A stretch of DNA of 64,000 bases from Psammoneis japonica (Eukaryota). The stretch spans positions 343,050 to 407,049 of the forward strand of contig QPGO01000054.1 of the NCBI GenBank assembly GCA_008632985.1, given 5' to 3'. This document shows, piece by piece, positions 1 to 12,334 of this stretch. The notes under the pieces were generated by a model. It did not search any database. It was not told where the DNA came from and was given only the letters and a program-made list of their open reading frames with translations. The position numbers and the translations under genes are program-made. Each line of letters opens with the position of its first letter. The first letter of the stretch is position 1.

Positions 1-3000
1 TGTCGCCAAATTCAGCCTCCAAAATCTTGAAGCATACATCGGAAAGCTGTGCCATGTCTAGAATGTCATTGAAAACACATCGTTCGTCCCCAAGGAACAA
101 CGACCTATACGCGTACAAGCATTCAAGCAAACAGCGTGAAAGACGACGCATGGTAGGTGGGTGAGCCATATTTGAAGCGTTTCCAATAGTTTTGTCTGAA
201 CCTTGACTCCGAAACACTTCAACCGATAAGGCACTGAAGAGTGTGCGACTGATCTGAACTAATGCTTCGACCTTGTCTTGCCTCTCCATGTTGTCTGCAG
301 AGACAAGGTTGTCGATTGCTGAATATATCTGTTTTTTGAAAGTCTTGACAGCCTCCAGTCTTATATCGATTACGTCACTCTGAATAAGCAACGTAAGCTT
401 CGCGAGGTTCAGACGCTGCAATTCGCTAGCTACGCCTGGTTTCCAAATATCACGAAAAGCCAGACTACATGCGATCCGAGCAGCCACGGCACCCAGTCGT
501 GCCATGCCTATAATGCCGCCTTGTAAGTGCACCTTCGAGATATTCTCGATTCTTTGGAGCACCATGTCGGTGGATCCTGCGAGCTTCCCTGAAAAACTGC
601 TTGTATCTAGAGAATCAAATAGCAGTTCCAGAGCGACTGCTGCACACGACGGCGGGCACTCACAACTTCCGTGCCACCATGATGCATACCGTAGCAGACA
701 CGAAGACATGTTTACTTTGCGCAAGAGCCACATCGGGTTGGCTGAGAATTCGAGAATGGACTGTACTCCAAGCAAAGCACCATGTTTGGCATTCCAGGTG
801 ATGGAGTTAGTTCCCCCCTCCTCTACGTCTTCCAAGATTTCTCGGCAACGCACGAGCAATTTCAAACGCGAGGAGGGAACATCACCGCCATTTCCTGAAG
901 ACACATTTGCTAACGCCTTCGCTGCTACGATCCGGATCTTATGATGCTTGTGAGCAAGGCTTTGCACAATTAGCGGAATGTAAGGTTCAGTCAAACTCGT
1001 GGCGTCGTTTCCCGAGAATTCAACAGGTTGCAATCGAGAAAGCAGCAGGAGTACAGGATAAAGAGGTGGATGGATCTGTCGGGAAGCTTCCGAGGATAAA
1101 AGCGATGATTCTGTTTGCATTGGGTCCAAGAGCATGTCACATACGCCCTCTTTCATCACCGAACAGAGAAACGGCGATAGGGAAGGATAACTACGAAAGA
1201 GCTCTGTCACGGTAGTGACATTACCGCTCATCAAGTCCTTCCGTGTGGCATTCTTATCCGCGTCCACAACCCTCAACATCGCAGCCACGAAGACCATTGT
1301 TGAAGAATTGCGCACCGCCCACGAAGAGTCGTTGTATCCAAGAATTGCTGTCATTATGGCGTCGCCAATGAACTCCGAAACATCCGATGCCAAAGGAGCG
1401 TCAAGAATAGCAAGACGTAAAATGTTGAGCGCGTGAACTCGACATCTCCACTTTCGTTCCAGAGCAAGAACAGGAAAGCAATGGTAAGCGAACACAGAAG
1501 TTCTAATATGTAAAAAGGGTTCCAAAAACCAGCACAACAAATCTTACCTCGTAGATTGCATCCGAAATGTATGGTGTATCCGTGATCCTGTTCAAACGTG
1601 AAGGAAATGAAAATGGCATTACATCCTCTGTGTTTTCATTGAACCCGAATCGTATCATAAATGTCGCCATCGCACTTTCTGATGGAAGTGAGAGGCGCAA
1701 TATGCTCGCGAGAATATAAGGAGTCAGAGTTCTTGGCGCCACGCGTGATGGTGGCTCGGATCGCATTATGGACAAAAAACCTAGAGCAAAGCCTGTGCTC
1801 CTACGTAGAGTGGAATCGCGAACTTTCTCTGCCGTTGAAATCTCGCGCAGCAGACGATTCGCCCACTCCGATGGCAAAGAAGCTAACTCCTCTTGACTAA
1901 GAGACGGGCTGCTACAATATTCAGCAATATCCTGTAAGACTCTGTGCGCAGCAAAGGCAGCTCCTTGGTGTTTCAGAGTTGTCAGCGTGCTGATGAGAAG
2001 TGTACCGGCCCGCGAGACAAGACTCCGAGACGGTTGGAAGGGCCTGGCTGTCACAGTTGATGCAAGCAGAGCACATGCTTCTTTGGTAAGCAGCCACGAG
2101 CCCATCTACAAGTGAGAGACAAACGCACGGCGCTTGAGGTTCTGAAGGGAAACTTTGGACGGCAAACACTCTCAGTACTTACTACAATGCGCTGCACCGC
2201 AAAGCGCATAATATTTGCTTTTCTATCTGTCGTCACGGATGAAAACGACGCGTTCGCTCCAATTGCCCCGGTGTTGACATTGAGAGGGGCGTTGCTGCTT
2301 GAATTTTGCTTGTTGAATGGAACATCGCATATGTCGGAGTCGACTCCCTCAACTGTGTCGCCCTCCTTTACATCAGCCACAACAGCCAATGAAACTTGGA
2401 TTGATCGAAAGGATACTTCTACTGTTCGCTGAAAGAGGTCCTGGACATCAGGTGAAGCAATAGTGTCGGTTGCATAAAGATCTCTGGTGGATTCAATAGC
2501 TAGACGAAGAGCATGGATAAGGCCATGCGCAAGAGGGAGATCTCCACCAACTTCATCAGTCGTCGGGGAAAGGAGTACACCAAGTGCCTTTTCCATCATA
2601 GCCACTCGTTGTGAGGTAGTATCAAGGACACTGAGAAAAAAGTCTATTTGCGCTCGTTCCTGACACAATGATGCATGAAGTAGGGCTAGTAGGCGTGCGC
2701 CAGTATCCGCTTCCCGTTGCCTCGGAGATGACGCAAGAAAAAGACTTCGGCGTTGAATTGCAGACCGAGACGCGATAGACGTAAATTCTTCAGGTAATGG
2801 GAGGTTCCGGTATTGTGCTTGTCGAATCAAGTTGCGCATACACTTGTACGCCGAAGCTCGGGTACTGTCCCACACAGAGAAAAGGAGGACAGTTATCGCC
2901 GCAAAAACTTCTCCACTGATCATCTTAAGAAAGACATTGGTGCACGCCTCCTCTTGACAGCGAAGCAGACGCTTCTTTCGCGCGCCATTAAATTTTCCAG

Positions 3001-5828
3001 TTTGCTCGACGGAGGAGAGCTTATCGTCGTAGTTAGCAAAGGAAGATAAGCATTGAAGAAGTGACAGCACGAATTCTTCCTTTTCGGATACTGTGCCAGG
3101 ATAAGAACCCTGTTGTAACACGAGATGGTCAATGAGAAAGTCAGAAATGAACGCAGACAAAAGAGGCAGTGGCCTATCTTCAACCTGTGCGGCCTGATCT
3201 GTGTCGAGCTCATCTGTCTTTTGAGCGTTACACGTAGCTTCCTCAAATGATGCCCTAGTGAGAAGAGATTCCAAGCTCTTCAGCAACTTTGAGATGTATT
3301 CATTCTCTTCCGACTTGAAGGCATACGGCAAAGCAGACCTCCAAATAGTCATCTCTGTGAGTATGCATTCAAGTGGTGAGCTGGAGGGCGCGAGAATCGG
3401 GACCAGCGCTTCTAGTGCCGAAAATCCTGCCAGACGAACCGAGGTCCTTGAATGAGTCAAGGACGCCTTCACGGTATTGAGTGGCAAACTACGATTTAAT
3501 TCATCTCTGAGGCGACTCGTGGCGGACACCAGAACCTTGGCAGAGTGTGCTTGTCTCGCAACCTTTCGAGAATCAACAAGAACGTGAGAAAGACGTTTCT
3601 ACAATCAGCAGACAAGTAGTCATGAATGCGAAGCAGCGTCTTTTTACCTCCAGTCTTGCCCATAGCAAGCGATCTGCAAGGCTTTCTGTGATGCCCAGAG
3701 CGACATTGTCGGCACCATAATCATCTCGGCAGAGTCGATTGTGCTGAACACGTAGTGCGCCGAGGAGCGCAGCATAGGCGTGTGATGCCTCAGAACTGTC
3801 CGCCGACCCACCAACCATTGGAACCAAGAGACGAATACACAATGCAGCAACGTGCTTGCGACGTACTGCTGACGAGTGTAACAGAGCAGAGGCAACGTGT
3901 GGTGCCCAGTATGCAATCCATTCTGGAAGAAGCCGTGACTCCGGCAGGTCATGTTTCGAGACTAACTCACGAAGGAACACGGTGTCAGGTGTCAATGCCG
4001 AATGGAAAGGATGAAGAATAGAGCATACAGAGCTGAGCCGATCAATGAAAATAACGCACCGACTTCTCCTCTTTTCATCTTGTTCCGCAATTTCCTTCGT
4101 TGCTTCTTGTTCATAGCTACGGCGGTGTCAACCACAACGCCAGCTCTTGCATTCATTTCCTCTCGTAACTGACTGAGAATCTTCCCCAATAAATCTGCGA
4201 TAACTCCTGCATTGTGACCACGGTCGCCAATGCCTTGCACAAGTGATTCAATTAGCGAATCGTCGCCAATGTCCAAGAGCGTCTTGGCCCCCACTTCTGG
4301 CAAGAGAATTTCAAGCGACAAGTACCTTCCCTTTCGATTTCGCGGCTGTGACAAGACACGACGAATCAGCGGCTCTAAAGATGACAACTCTGCTGTATCA
4401 TCAACAGGATGTTGTGGCGGAATAAGTTTCAACAGACGGATCAAGCTTCGGAAAAGATTGGGTATCGCACTTTCGATTCGGCGACCGGGTGGATTCTCCC
4501 ATACCTCCATAGCAATCTCAAAGGCTTCTTGAACTAGAGAGTTCGCGTGTTTATGAATTGCAGCATTGCTGGTTTGTTTCAAAATGGCTTGGCATTTACT
4601 CAAAAGGGTATCCAGGGCTCGCAGGGATGACAGTCGGACAGCCGCATCTGTCGCTTGCCGACATTGTCGAAGAAAGCATGAAGCTAGTGGATCAAACAAA
4701 ATGGGTACTGGCGAACCACATACCATGACTCTGTTTGGAAGCGATGCCGCGACACCCTGAATGATAGCCGACTTGTTCAATTCGGGCAGGGTGTTGTCGG
4801 AGCGAAGAAAATTTTCAATAAACTCTGTGGCTTGCACAGCTATATCCTCCTCCGCAGAAACAGTTACTTTGCCTCCCCACTGAAACAAGAGCGTTTGCCC
4901 GTACGCGACACCGACTGAGCTGAGACCATCTCCATATGTCGCCCGACAGGAAAGTAGAAGGAACAGAAAAGATCCGAGGTCGACCAAGAGTGAGATTTCT
5001 TCAAGTGCAAAGTGGGCCCTTCGTTGCTTTCCTTGCTTGCCAGTAGGAGTGGAGTTAGTATCAGCTTTAGGGTACACGCAAGATTGATTCCTTCTTCAAC
5101 AGCTTGTATTACATCCTGCCCAAACATCAGCGGTGCTTCTTTCTGCGACGAATCCTCGTTGTTCTGAAGGAGTATTCCGTAAGAACGGGTTCAAGTCGGC
5201 CTTGCGATATTCTCAGCAGGAGTCTGAAAGCTTGAATGCGGTATTGTTCACGATGAACAATCATTTGATGTGTGGCTTATAAGAAAGAGCTTCAAACAAG
5301 GTCCCCACTGGACTACTCCACCATTCACTCTTACTGAACAAGCTGGAAACAACTTGTTCATCAACCATCGTGACGGAGGGCAAGGAGATGACAACGCTGA
5401 CAAACTCGATTGGATTGCACGACGAAGCGCCGTGGTACATTTGCCGAAAAAGACCATTCCATTAAGATTCGATAAAGCCCAATCATCAATTTTTCTTCTT
5501 CGTCTTGCTTTCTAGAGTCGTCACTGCATGTCTTCTGACTTTCGTGTTGCAAAAGCGTGCTCCGATAGACTCGGAGAGCCTGAAGTTGTGATCGAATTTG
5601 AGATGCATTCAGCAATTCACTAGCTAAGCGATGCGAAGCTGATACGTTGCAATCGCACTGTTCCGCAAGTACCTCCTCGAGAGCCTCCTTGACGCCAATC
5701 TGTGTCTCGAGTAGAACTTTTGTTTCGTTATTCAACTCGTCTTCATTTTTTCCTTGAAGCCAATGAATGGGCCCGTCACAAGGCAATGGAACAGCCTCGA
5801 CGTTACCACCAACTGAAGATCGTCCCAT
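1..5828 (-). CDS. THADA: THADA/TRM732-like armadillo-repeat protein (DUF2428); multi-exon, 3' end runs off the window; apparent frameshifts in the 5' part
   Basis: DUF2428-type motifs GSWLLTKEAC, LKHQGAAFAAH, STLRRSTGFALGF and RCRVHALNILRL...WAVRNSSTMVF on the minus strand. GT-AG introns near 1450-1550, 2110-2180, 3550-3650 and 3990-4060 are approximate. ATG at 5828. Confidence 0.85.
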
Positions 5829-5969
5829 TTCGTTTTCGCTGCAGTGTTCGGTTAGACAACGGCTCTAGCTATCAACAACCTACCATGGTTGTGTTTTTTG
5901 TGTATTATTTGGCCGGCGGCGGGCTGTTGGCTGCGGCGCTATCTGTGCGTCGTCGCGCGATGTACGTAG

Positions 5970-7447
5970 AGGAAAACACACCGACATCCAATGTGTGAAG
6001 ACAGAAAAATCTGAAACAATGTCCTCGCGACTCTGTGCCAAAAAAGAAGATTTTGGGGCACCGGGCACCGGAAGAGCTTTCCTGGGGCCACAGAGTTTCA
6101 CAAGCACAGCTCGTTTCGCACAAGGAAGGAGGATTTGACCAGAATCTTGACACTGGCAGGTTGATTCTTTTTTGCCCATTTGGACACTGCCACAGTCTCC
6201 AGAACACCACTTGCAGGTGGAGGCATGATGCTCTTTTGGGGTGTGCCAGGATCAGCCTGGCTGCCACAACAGCACCAGCTCATTTTTCAAAAAGGTGGCA
6301 CAGAAATGTGGTGCCAACTTCTTCATTTGTTGGTGAGGCAGCAGTCATTTTTGCCATGAAAAAAAAAAAGAGCACAAAACAACAATGGCCAGCTCCCTTG
6401 CAGCTTCTGTTCCAGCCCACTGTGTGTCTGGAGCTTCTCAGCCAGTGCAGGGTGTCATGCATCATTTGGGAGTCTTCAACGCAACTTGTCCTCAAAAATC
6501 TTTCTGTGACAAAGATGCGGCAGCCTTGGATGCTGTCATGTTGGATGACGGCGCCATTGGCTGGCCCCAACTCTGACTTCATTTGCCCCAACAACTTCAA
6601 GCTCTGCCAAAAAACTTCAGAGAAATGTTGGTGTGCAAAAAGGCAGTGATGCAGCACACCAGAGCTTTTTTAAGAGTGTTTTTGATTTGTGTTGTGGCAA
6701 GCAGGCAAAAGAGGGTGAGTTGCAAAAGAGTTCTTTCACACACCACAGCTGCAGATGAGTTTGAAGTCAAGGTGTCCAACAGCTTTGCTCCTTGGCCCCA
6801 ATGACCAGACAGGTGCTTCGCTTCTTTCAAGCTTGTGTGCCAGCTGCAAACAAGTTGAGCAATCACCTTGCTGCAGCCAGCCTCCATTGGCTGGTCAGGA
6901 GAGGCTCTACGAAGACTGGTTGAAAAGTCACTTTTCAACAGTTTGTGCAAAAAATGCAAACTTGGTTGAGTGTTGTTCTTCATCTCAGAGGATCAGAGAA
7001 TGAGGCACCCTGTCAACAGCTGTGTTGCATGTTTGAGATGTGTGTGGGCATGCAGTTCCTCAATTTTTGGGAACACAACTTGGTTCTCACAAGGCTGGAA
7101 AAAGTTGAACCAGGTGTTGCAGTGGGGGGAACCATCATCATTCTTGTCGCATTTTGTGAGACTCTTTTCTTGCTCCTGCTTTTGACAGGAGATCCAGTCA
7201 CAGGCCAGCTCTGTTTTTCTTCTGTCATCGTTTCTGATGTGAGCAGGGAGATGTGGGGGAATTCCACCTGCAGCACTGTGTTTGATGACACCTTTCATCA
7301 CAACTGCTGTGACAGCCCCCACTCAAGGCTGTGCTGGAGGGCAAGAGACTTCTTGAGCACCAACACGACTGCTGGTGTGCAAGAGCTGGCCAGAGGCTCT
7401 GCTGCTGTTCCCTTTGTCATTGTGGTGGGGGGGGGGGGGGGGGGGGG
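5970..7447. other. TpA/CpG-depleted hypermutated domain 1 (relic of unidentified inserted or duplicated sequence), ending in a G21 run
   Basis: About 2 TA dinucleotides in 1.5 kb (6671, 6908), few CG, Tyr-free Cys/His-rich ORFs; lies between divergent THADA and PRPP synthetase starts. Confidence 0.8.
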
Positions 7448-7750
7448 TTACAACTGCTTTCAATTAAATGCAGCACAGTGGTCCTGCTTGTCCATGTTGT
7501 TAACCAATGATTCCATTTTTTATGTGCAGGTTCTCTTCTACCGATCCTTGCAGTCCTGTGACACGGCCGCACCAGTGTCCGTCAGTCCTTACGGCCGGGC
7601 GGTAGTCGCAAAGATAATATCCAACATCCAACATCCCACGAAAAAAGATCTCGATCGCGAGTAGACTAAGTGCCGGCTGTGCTAAGCGATGCACAACTTC
7701 GAAACCGTCAACACTTTGCCACTATTTGCCGCCCCTGTGTCGATTATTCA

Positions 7751-8899
7751 ATGCCGATACTCAAGCGGAAGCCTCTTCGGAGGATTCGGAATTTCGGAAT
7801 GTTGATTTTCTTGCTTTCGCTCTCGTTGTTGTCGATCTGGTTCTTTGTTGCTGTTGCTGCTGTCACTGAGGACGCGTCATGCAGAAATAATGATGCAACA
7901 ACTGCCACAACAAAAGAAAATGTGCAAATCATTGGTGGCAAGAAAGTTTACCAAGTTCTTACTGCTGAACCATTCGAATCAATGGCGCTTCAGCTTGTAG
8001 AATCCTATCCAGATCGATTTGCCTATCATGCTACAAAATGGAACAAGTTTCCGGATGGAACAGACAAGATTCAGTTTGGCGGATTCGTTCCTGAAAACTC
8101 ATTGGCAGGCCAACACATACTGTTTTTGGCAAGCTTCCACGATAATGATACAACGCTGAGTCAGTTTCAGGTATTTATTTACTTGCTACACAGTAGCTTT
8201 TTGGAAAGCTTAACGATTGTTCTGCCGTACTATCCGGTGGGGACCATGGAACGCGTGGATATCGAAGACGGAACAATTCCGACAGCGGTAACCTATGCAC
8301 ACATGTTTTCAACCTTGCCAAGAAACTCTGCCAGGCCCACACGTCTCATAACGTATGATTTACACACGTTGCAAAATCGATTCTACTTTCACGACAACAC
8401 CGTCGCCTCGCTGTTTACGGCGCTTCCTCTGCTTGAGCAGAAGATCCTCTCAATATCATCAATAGACGCGGTTGCCTTTCCAGACGATGGCGCTGCCAAG
8501 CGATATGGATCTTACTTTTCACACCTACATTTTTTGACTTGTCGTAAGACACGAGGGAACCAAGACGAGGCGCACAAACGGTCCGTTGAAATATCCTCAG
8601 GCTCGGCACTTGGACGTCATGTTGTGATTGTAGACGACTTGGTTCAAACGGGAGGTACACTCTACGAGTGTTGCATGGCGCTCAAACAAGCTGGAGCACT
8701 TTCGGTTAGCGCTTTTGTTACGCACGCGGTGTTTCCGAAAGAAAGCTGGAAGCGATTTCTCAAAGACGGGGAGCTAACATGTCTGGAACGTTTCTGGGTG
8801 ACCAACTCGATCCCAACGACAACGAACAAGCTGCCTGTTAATGATGTTTTCGAGGTTTTGGACATTACGGAGCTGATCGTAAAGAATTTAGATGAGTAG
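7751..8899 (+). CDS. Ribose-phosphate pyrophosphokinase, class II (plant PRS3/4-like), with N-terminal hydrophobic segment
   Basis: Motifs KFPDG, LPYYPVGTMERV, DLHTLQNRFYF, FPDDGAAKR, VVIVDDLVQTGGTL, THAVF; intronless. Confidence 0.92.
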   Translation: MPILKRKPLRRIRNFGMLIFLLSLSLLSIWFFVAVAAVTEDASCRNNDATTATTKENVQIIGGKKVYQVLTAEPFESMALQLVESYPDRFAYHATKWNKFPDGTDKIQFGGFVPENSLAGQHILFLASFHDNDTTLSQFQVFIYLLHSSFLESLTIVLPYYPVGTMERVDIEDGTIPTAVTYAHMFSTLPRNSARPTRLITYDLHTLQNRFYFHDNTVASLFTALPLLEQKILSISSIDAVAFPDDGAAKRYGSYFSHLHFLTCRKTRGNQDEAHKRSVEISSGSALGRHVVIVDDLVQTGGTLYECCMALKQAGALSVSAFVTHAVFPKESWKRFLKDGELTCLERFWVTNSIPTTTNKLPVNDVFEVLDITELIVKNLDE

Positions 8900-9313
8900 T
8901 GACGGCTCCACGAAACATTTGAACCATACAGCTATGTCTTCCGCATCTTTCTTCAGAAAGTGAACACAATCCAACGAACAAAGCCACCCCGCCGCCAACC
9001 CGCAGCAGAGATATAAGCGGATTCGCCTGTTTCAACAGTGCTACTTTTGGGGGTTATCGCTACGTGTAGAGTAAATTCAATTCATGTGCATCTTTGTGTG
9101 CTACATTCTTCTTGCATCGGCACAACAGCCCCGTGGAAGCCTGAGAACCCCGCTATAGAAATTGAAAATTGAATCGCACAGTATACATATTTTTAATATG
9201 CCGAAGAATCTCTTTCTATGTAGCTTCTATGATAGAGAGACCAAACAGCCGCCTGTAAAGCGAAGAGTATTGAACCATTCAGCAATGTTCACGAAACTTC
9301 TTTACAGTACATT

Positions 9314-11589
9314 CTAATCTAGCATCTTCAACCATTTCTTGGACTCAACAAATGTGGATACAAAGCCTTCATCTCCGCTCATGGTGCTCTTCACGTGTCC
9401 GAGAGGAAAATATAGAGACACAAACTGACCTACCATTGGAAAAGTAGACATCGGACAGCCCCCTTTTACGATGTTGTAAAATGTGCTTGCGTTCTCGGCC
9501 TCTCGCTGACTGAACTCCTGCTCAGTCTCTATCATGACCGGAAGGCCGTGCTTCTTGCAGATGGCAAGTAAGTCAGCATTAGAGGGCTCAATCGACAACT
9601 CCACCTGATCACGAGCATTCGTCGCATAGAATAATACAAAGATCGGAGCAATATCGTCAAACTTCGTTGAGGAGGTGCAACGGATACAAGTTTTGAAGTC
9701 GTCGAGAATGGGGGGCCGCTGCAAGCCCCAAAGCGCTGTTCTGGAGCTACCGAATCCTCGCTTTGGATTGGTGGAGGTGGCATCTGACAAATATTCGAGC
9801 AATTCGACGCAAAAGCCTTGAACTGTAGAACTTGACACATCCTGAAGGACCGCCTTCGTCGGACCAGAGGTGTCAGCTAGCTTCAACGATTGAGCCTCCA
9901 AGTACTCTGCGGTATAAACTGAGTCATACGAAGGAGTTGAGCTAGGGACAACGACAGGAAATCGCGTGTAGTCACCAAGAGACTTGCGAGGAGGGAATTC
10001 GCCGAAGACCTCTGCCTCCTGTGGCCTTGCCTGACAGGTCATTGCAACCGGATTGCTCGCAGTATCGGTAGAACCAATTGTAAATACCACCATGCCCGTC
10101 TTCTCAAACAAGGACATACCGAGGTCAATTGCTTTTTCTCTCGGACCATTCACGGCTAACGATATTGGTTGGTTCGTGTTCAACCAAGAAGCGAGAGACA
10201 AAACGCTGCTTGCATCATCTGGCTTGGTCTTGGTGACATCCACTACCACTTTGCGCCAGTACTCCTCGACATTATCCTCTGGGAGGTCGGTTCCTATCTT
10301 GTAGTATGCATCAACTGTCTCATGACGAGTATATTCCGTCTGGGATGGGACTGCGCTTCCCTTGTGACCCGCAAAGATCCCATCAAACATCTTCTTCTCA
10401 AGAGCGTGGGCTGCGTTCTGAATCTCCTGCGCTCCGGAAAATGTTTCTTCCAGTTCTCGCATGGTGACTGTCTCGGGCACTACACAGTGCCTCAACGCGG
10501 TGCACTGGCCAGAGCATTCAATGCTGGCATTCATACGAATTGCTTCTCGAACGCCCTCCGTCCAATCCGTCGTTACCAAAGTGTTTGGTCCGCCAGTGGA
10601 TGCTACCGTTTTGGGATAGGACGACATGATGCTGGCTGCAAGCGAACGCGAGCATGTGGCATACAAGTTACCAGTGTGGTCTTTACACGAATGCGTGATG
10701 CCTTTGATGTCATCCAATGTACAAGACAAGTATGTCAACATGCCAGAATCCACTCCCTCTTCTTCCAACAGCTGCGACAGCAATTCTGTCCATCGAAACG
10801 AGTGCTGAACTGTGTTGCTTCTTCCAAGAACGACACAAGGAATACCAAGTTCCAGACATCGAATGGTTTTTCGGAACAGGTCAAGGAAGTTTGTGAAATT
10901 GCTCACGCAAGACACATAGATTGGCTTGCGGGATATCGATACCTTGCCGCCTTTCTCTTCCTCAAGAAGCATGTCGTTGAGACGTCGCTCAACAGTGTTT
11001 GCCATTACTGCTTCCTCCATTTCCGTAACGCCGTCTTGTTTTCCAAAATCAAGCGCTTGATTACCAATCAGAAATCCTGGAAGAATTATTAGAACAGGGA
11101 CGATGAGGTCATTTCTTGTCGGAGACGACGATTAGCAATGATCAGAAATGAAATTTACCTGCAGACGTGGTGAGAAACTGCTGCTCAACCCGACGAACCT
11201 GGGTTCTTACATCTGTGTACGGGGACCGGTATGTCGAAATGTGATCCTTTAGCATTTCAACTTGCGACGGCGTAGCAAAGTGCTGATGCCCATTTTCATT
11301 CCCAAATGCGTCCTCCGTGACAGAGGGACTAGACTGACCCGCCAATTTTTTGCCCTTGAGAATAGAGCGAATCTGCAAAGTATACGAGAAACGATGTCGG
11401 ATGAAACGCTGAACTCTTCACTCTAGACTAAGCTTGATCTCGAACTCCACTTACCGGTTCATCGTACCATAGTTTCGGATCAAACTTACTCAGATACTGA
11501 AGCGTGCTTTCACGAAATGCTTCGGTATCTGGGACCGGTAAGTCAAGAAAAGCGGAAGCATACTTGGTGGATGCAAAGTTTGTAGCCAT
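9314..11589 (-). CDS. Aldehyde dehydrogenase superfamily protein (divergent), 3 exons
   Basis: STGGPNT (GGKNP-like) and SGQCTALRH (catalytic Cys loop) motifs; introns 11373-11454 and about 11077-11158 join in frame from ATG 11589. Confidence 0.7.
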
Positions 11590-12232
11590 TGTAGTATGAT
11601 GGAAAGTGCGACGGAAGAAACGTCCAGCACCACGACACGCAAATACTTCCAATCCTCTGCAATGAGTACGCAACATTCAACTGACAGCGGGAAGAGACAG
11701 TACGATACGCACGATTAGCTTGTTAGAAAGGCAAAGGCTCGGTGACCAGTGTTGTAAGTCACGTCAAGACAACAAAGTGGTTGTGTGTAATGAGTTGACA
11801 AGATGTTGTGTCATGCACACGGTGTGTCAAGTACCAGCAAACAAGCAACAGTTTGTCTGCTTGTCTGTTTCGTCGAAACCTGTGCTCTGTGGCGCTGTAG
11901 TGCAAGCAAGAGGCGAGATTGGGATAGAGAGGAGCACGTGGAGCACCGCACTTCGCGCCAAAAAGTCGCCAGAATAACTTAGAGCCCGAAAGGCGGGGGG
12001 AAGCCCAGTCGTGATATTTTAGCATACCGGTAGTACCGAAACCATCCTAAGCTCAAGCTGTCCACAGACCTCTACTACTAATGAATATACTCTGTCGGTG
12101 TACGAAATCGAACGCAATGTGGGTAAAGCAATATTCAAATTTAGTTCGTACAAACCCATTATGTAGAATATGTTGAATGTAGTGCAGCAAGCAAGTGAGA
12201 ATGCCAATGGGCTATAAACCGTGGATACAGAT

Positions 12233-12334
12233 GAGCCAGTTTGAAAGCTTCAGGCAAAGTCTAGTGTTGACACGAAATCAACAGAGCCAGTTTGAAAGCT
12301 TCAGGCAAAGTCTAGTGTTGACACGAAATCAACA
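12233..12334. repeat. Perfect 51-bp tandem duplication spanning the HMG gene stop codon
   Basis: gagccagtttgaaagcttcaggcaaagtctagtgttgacacgaaatcaaca at 12233-12283 and 12284-12334. Confidence 0.95.

Noticed and set aside
10169..11092. 307-aa plus-strand ORF and similar long antisense ORFs
   Set aside because: They are shadow frames opposite well-supported genes.
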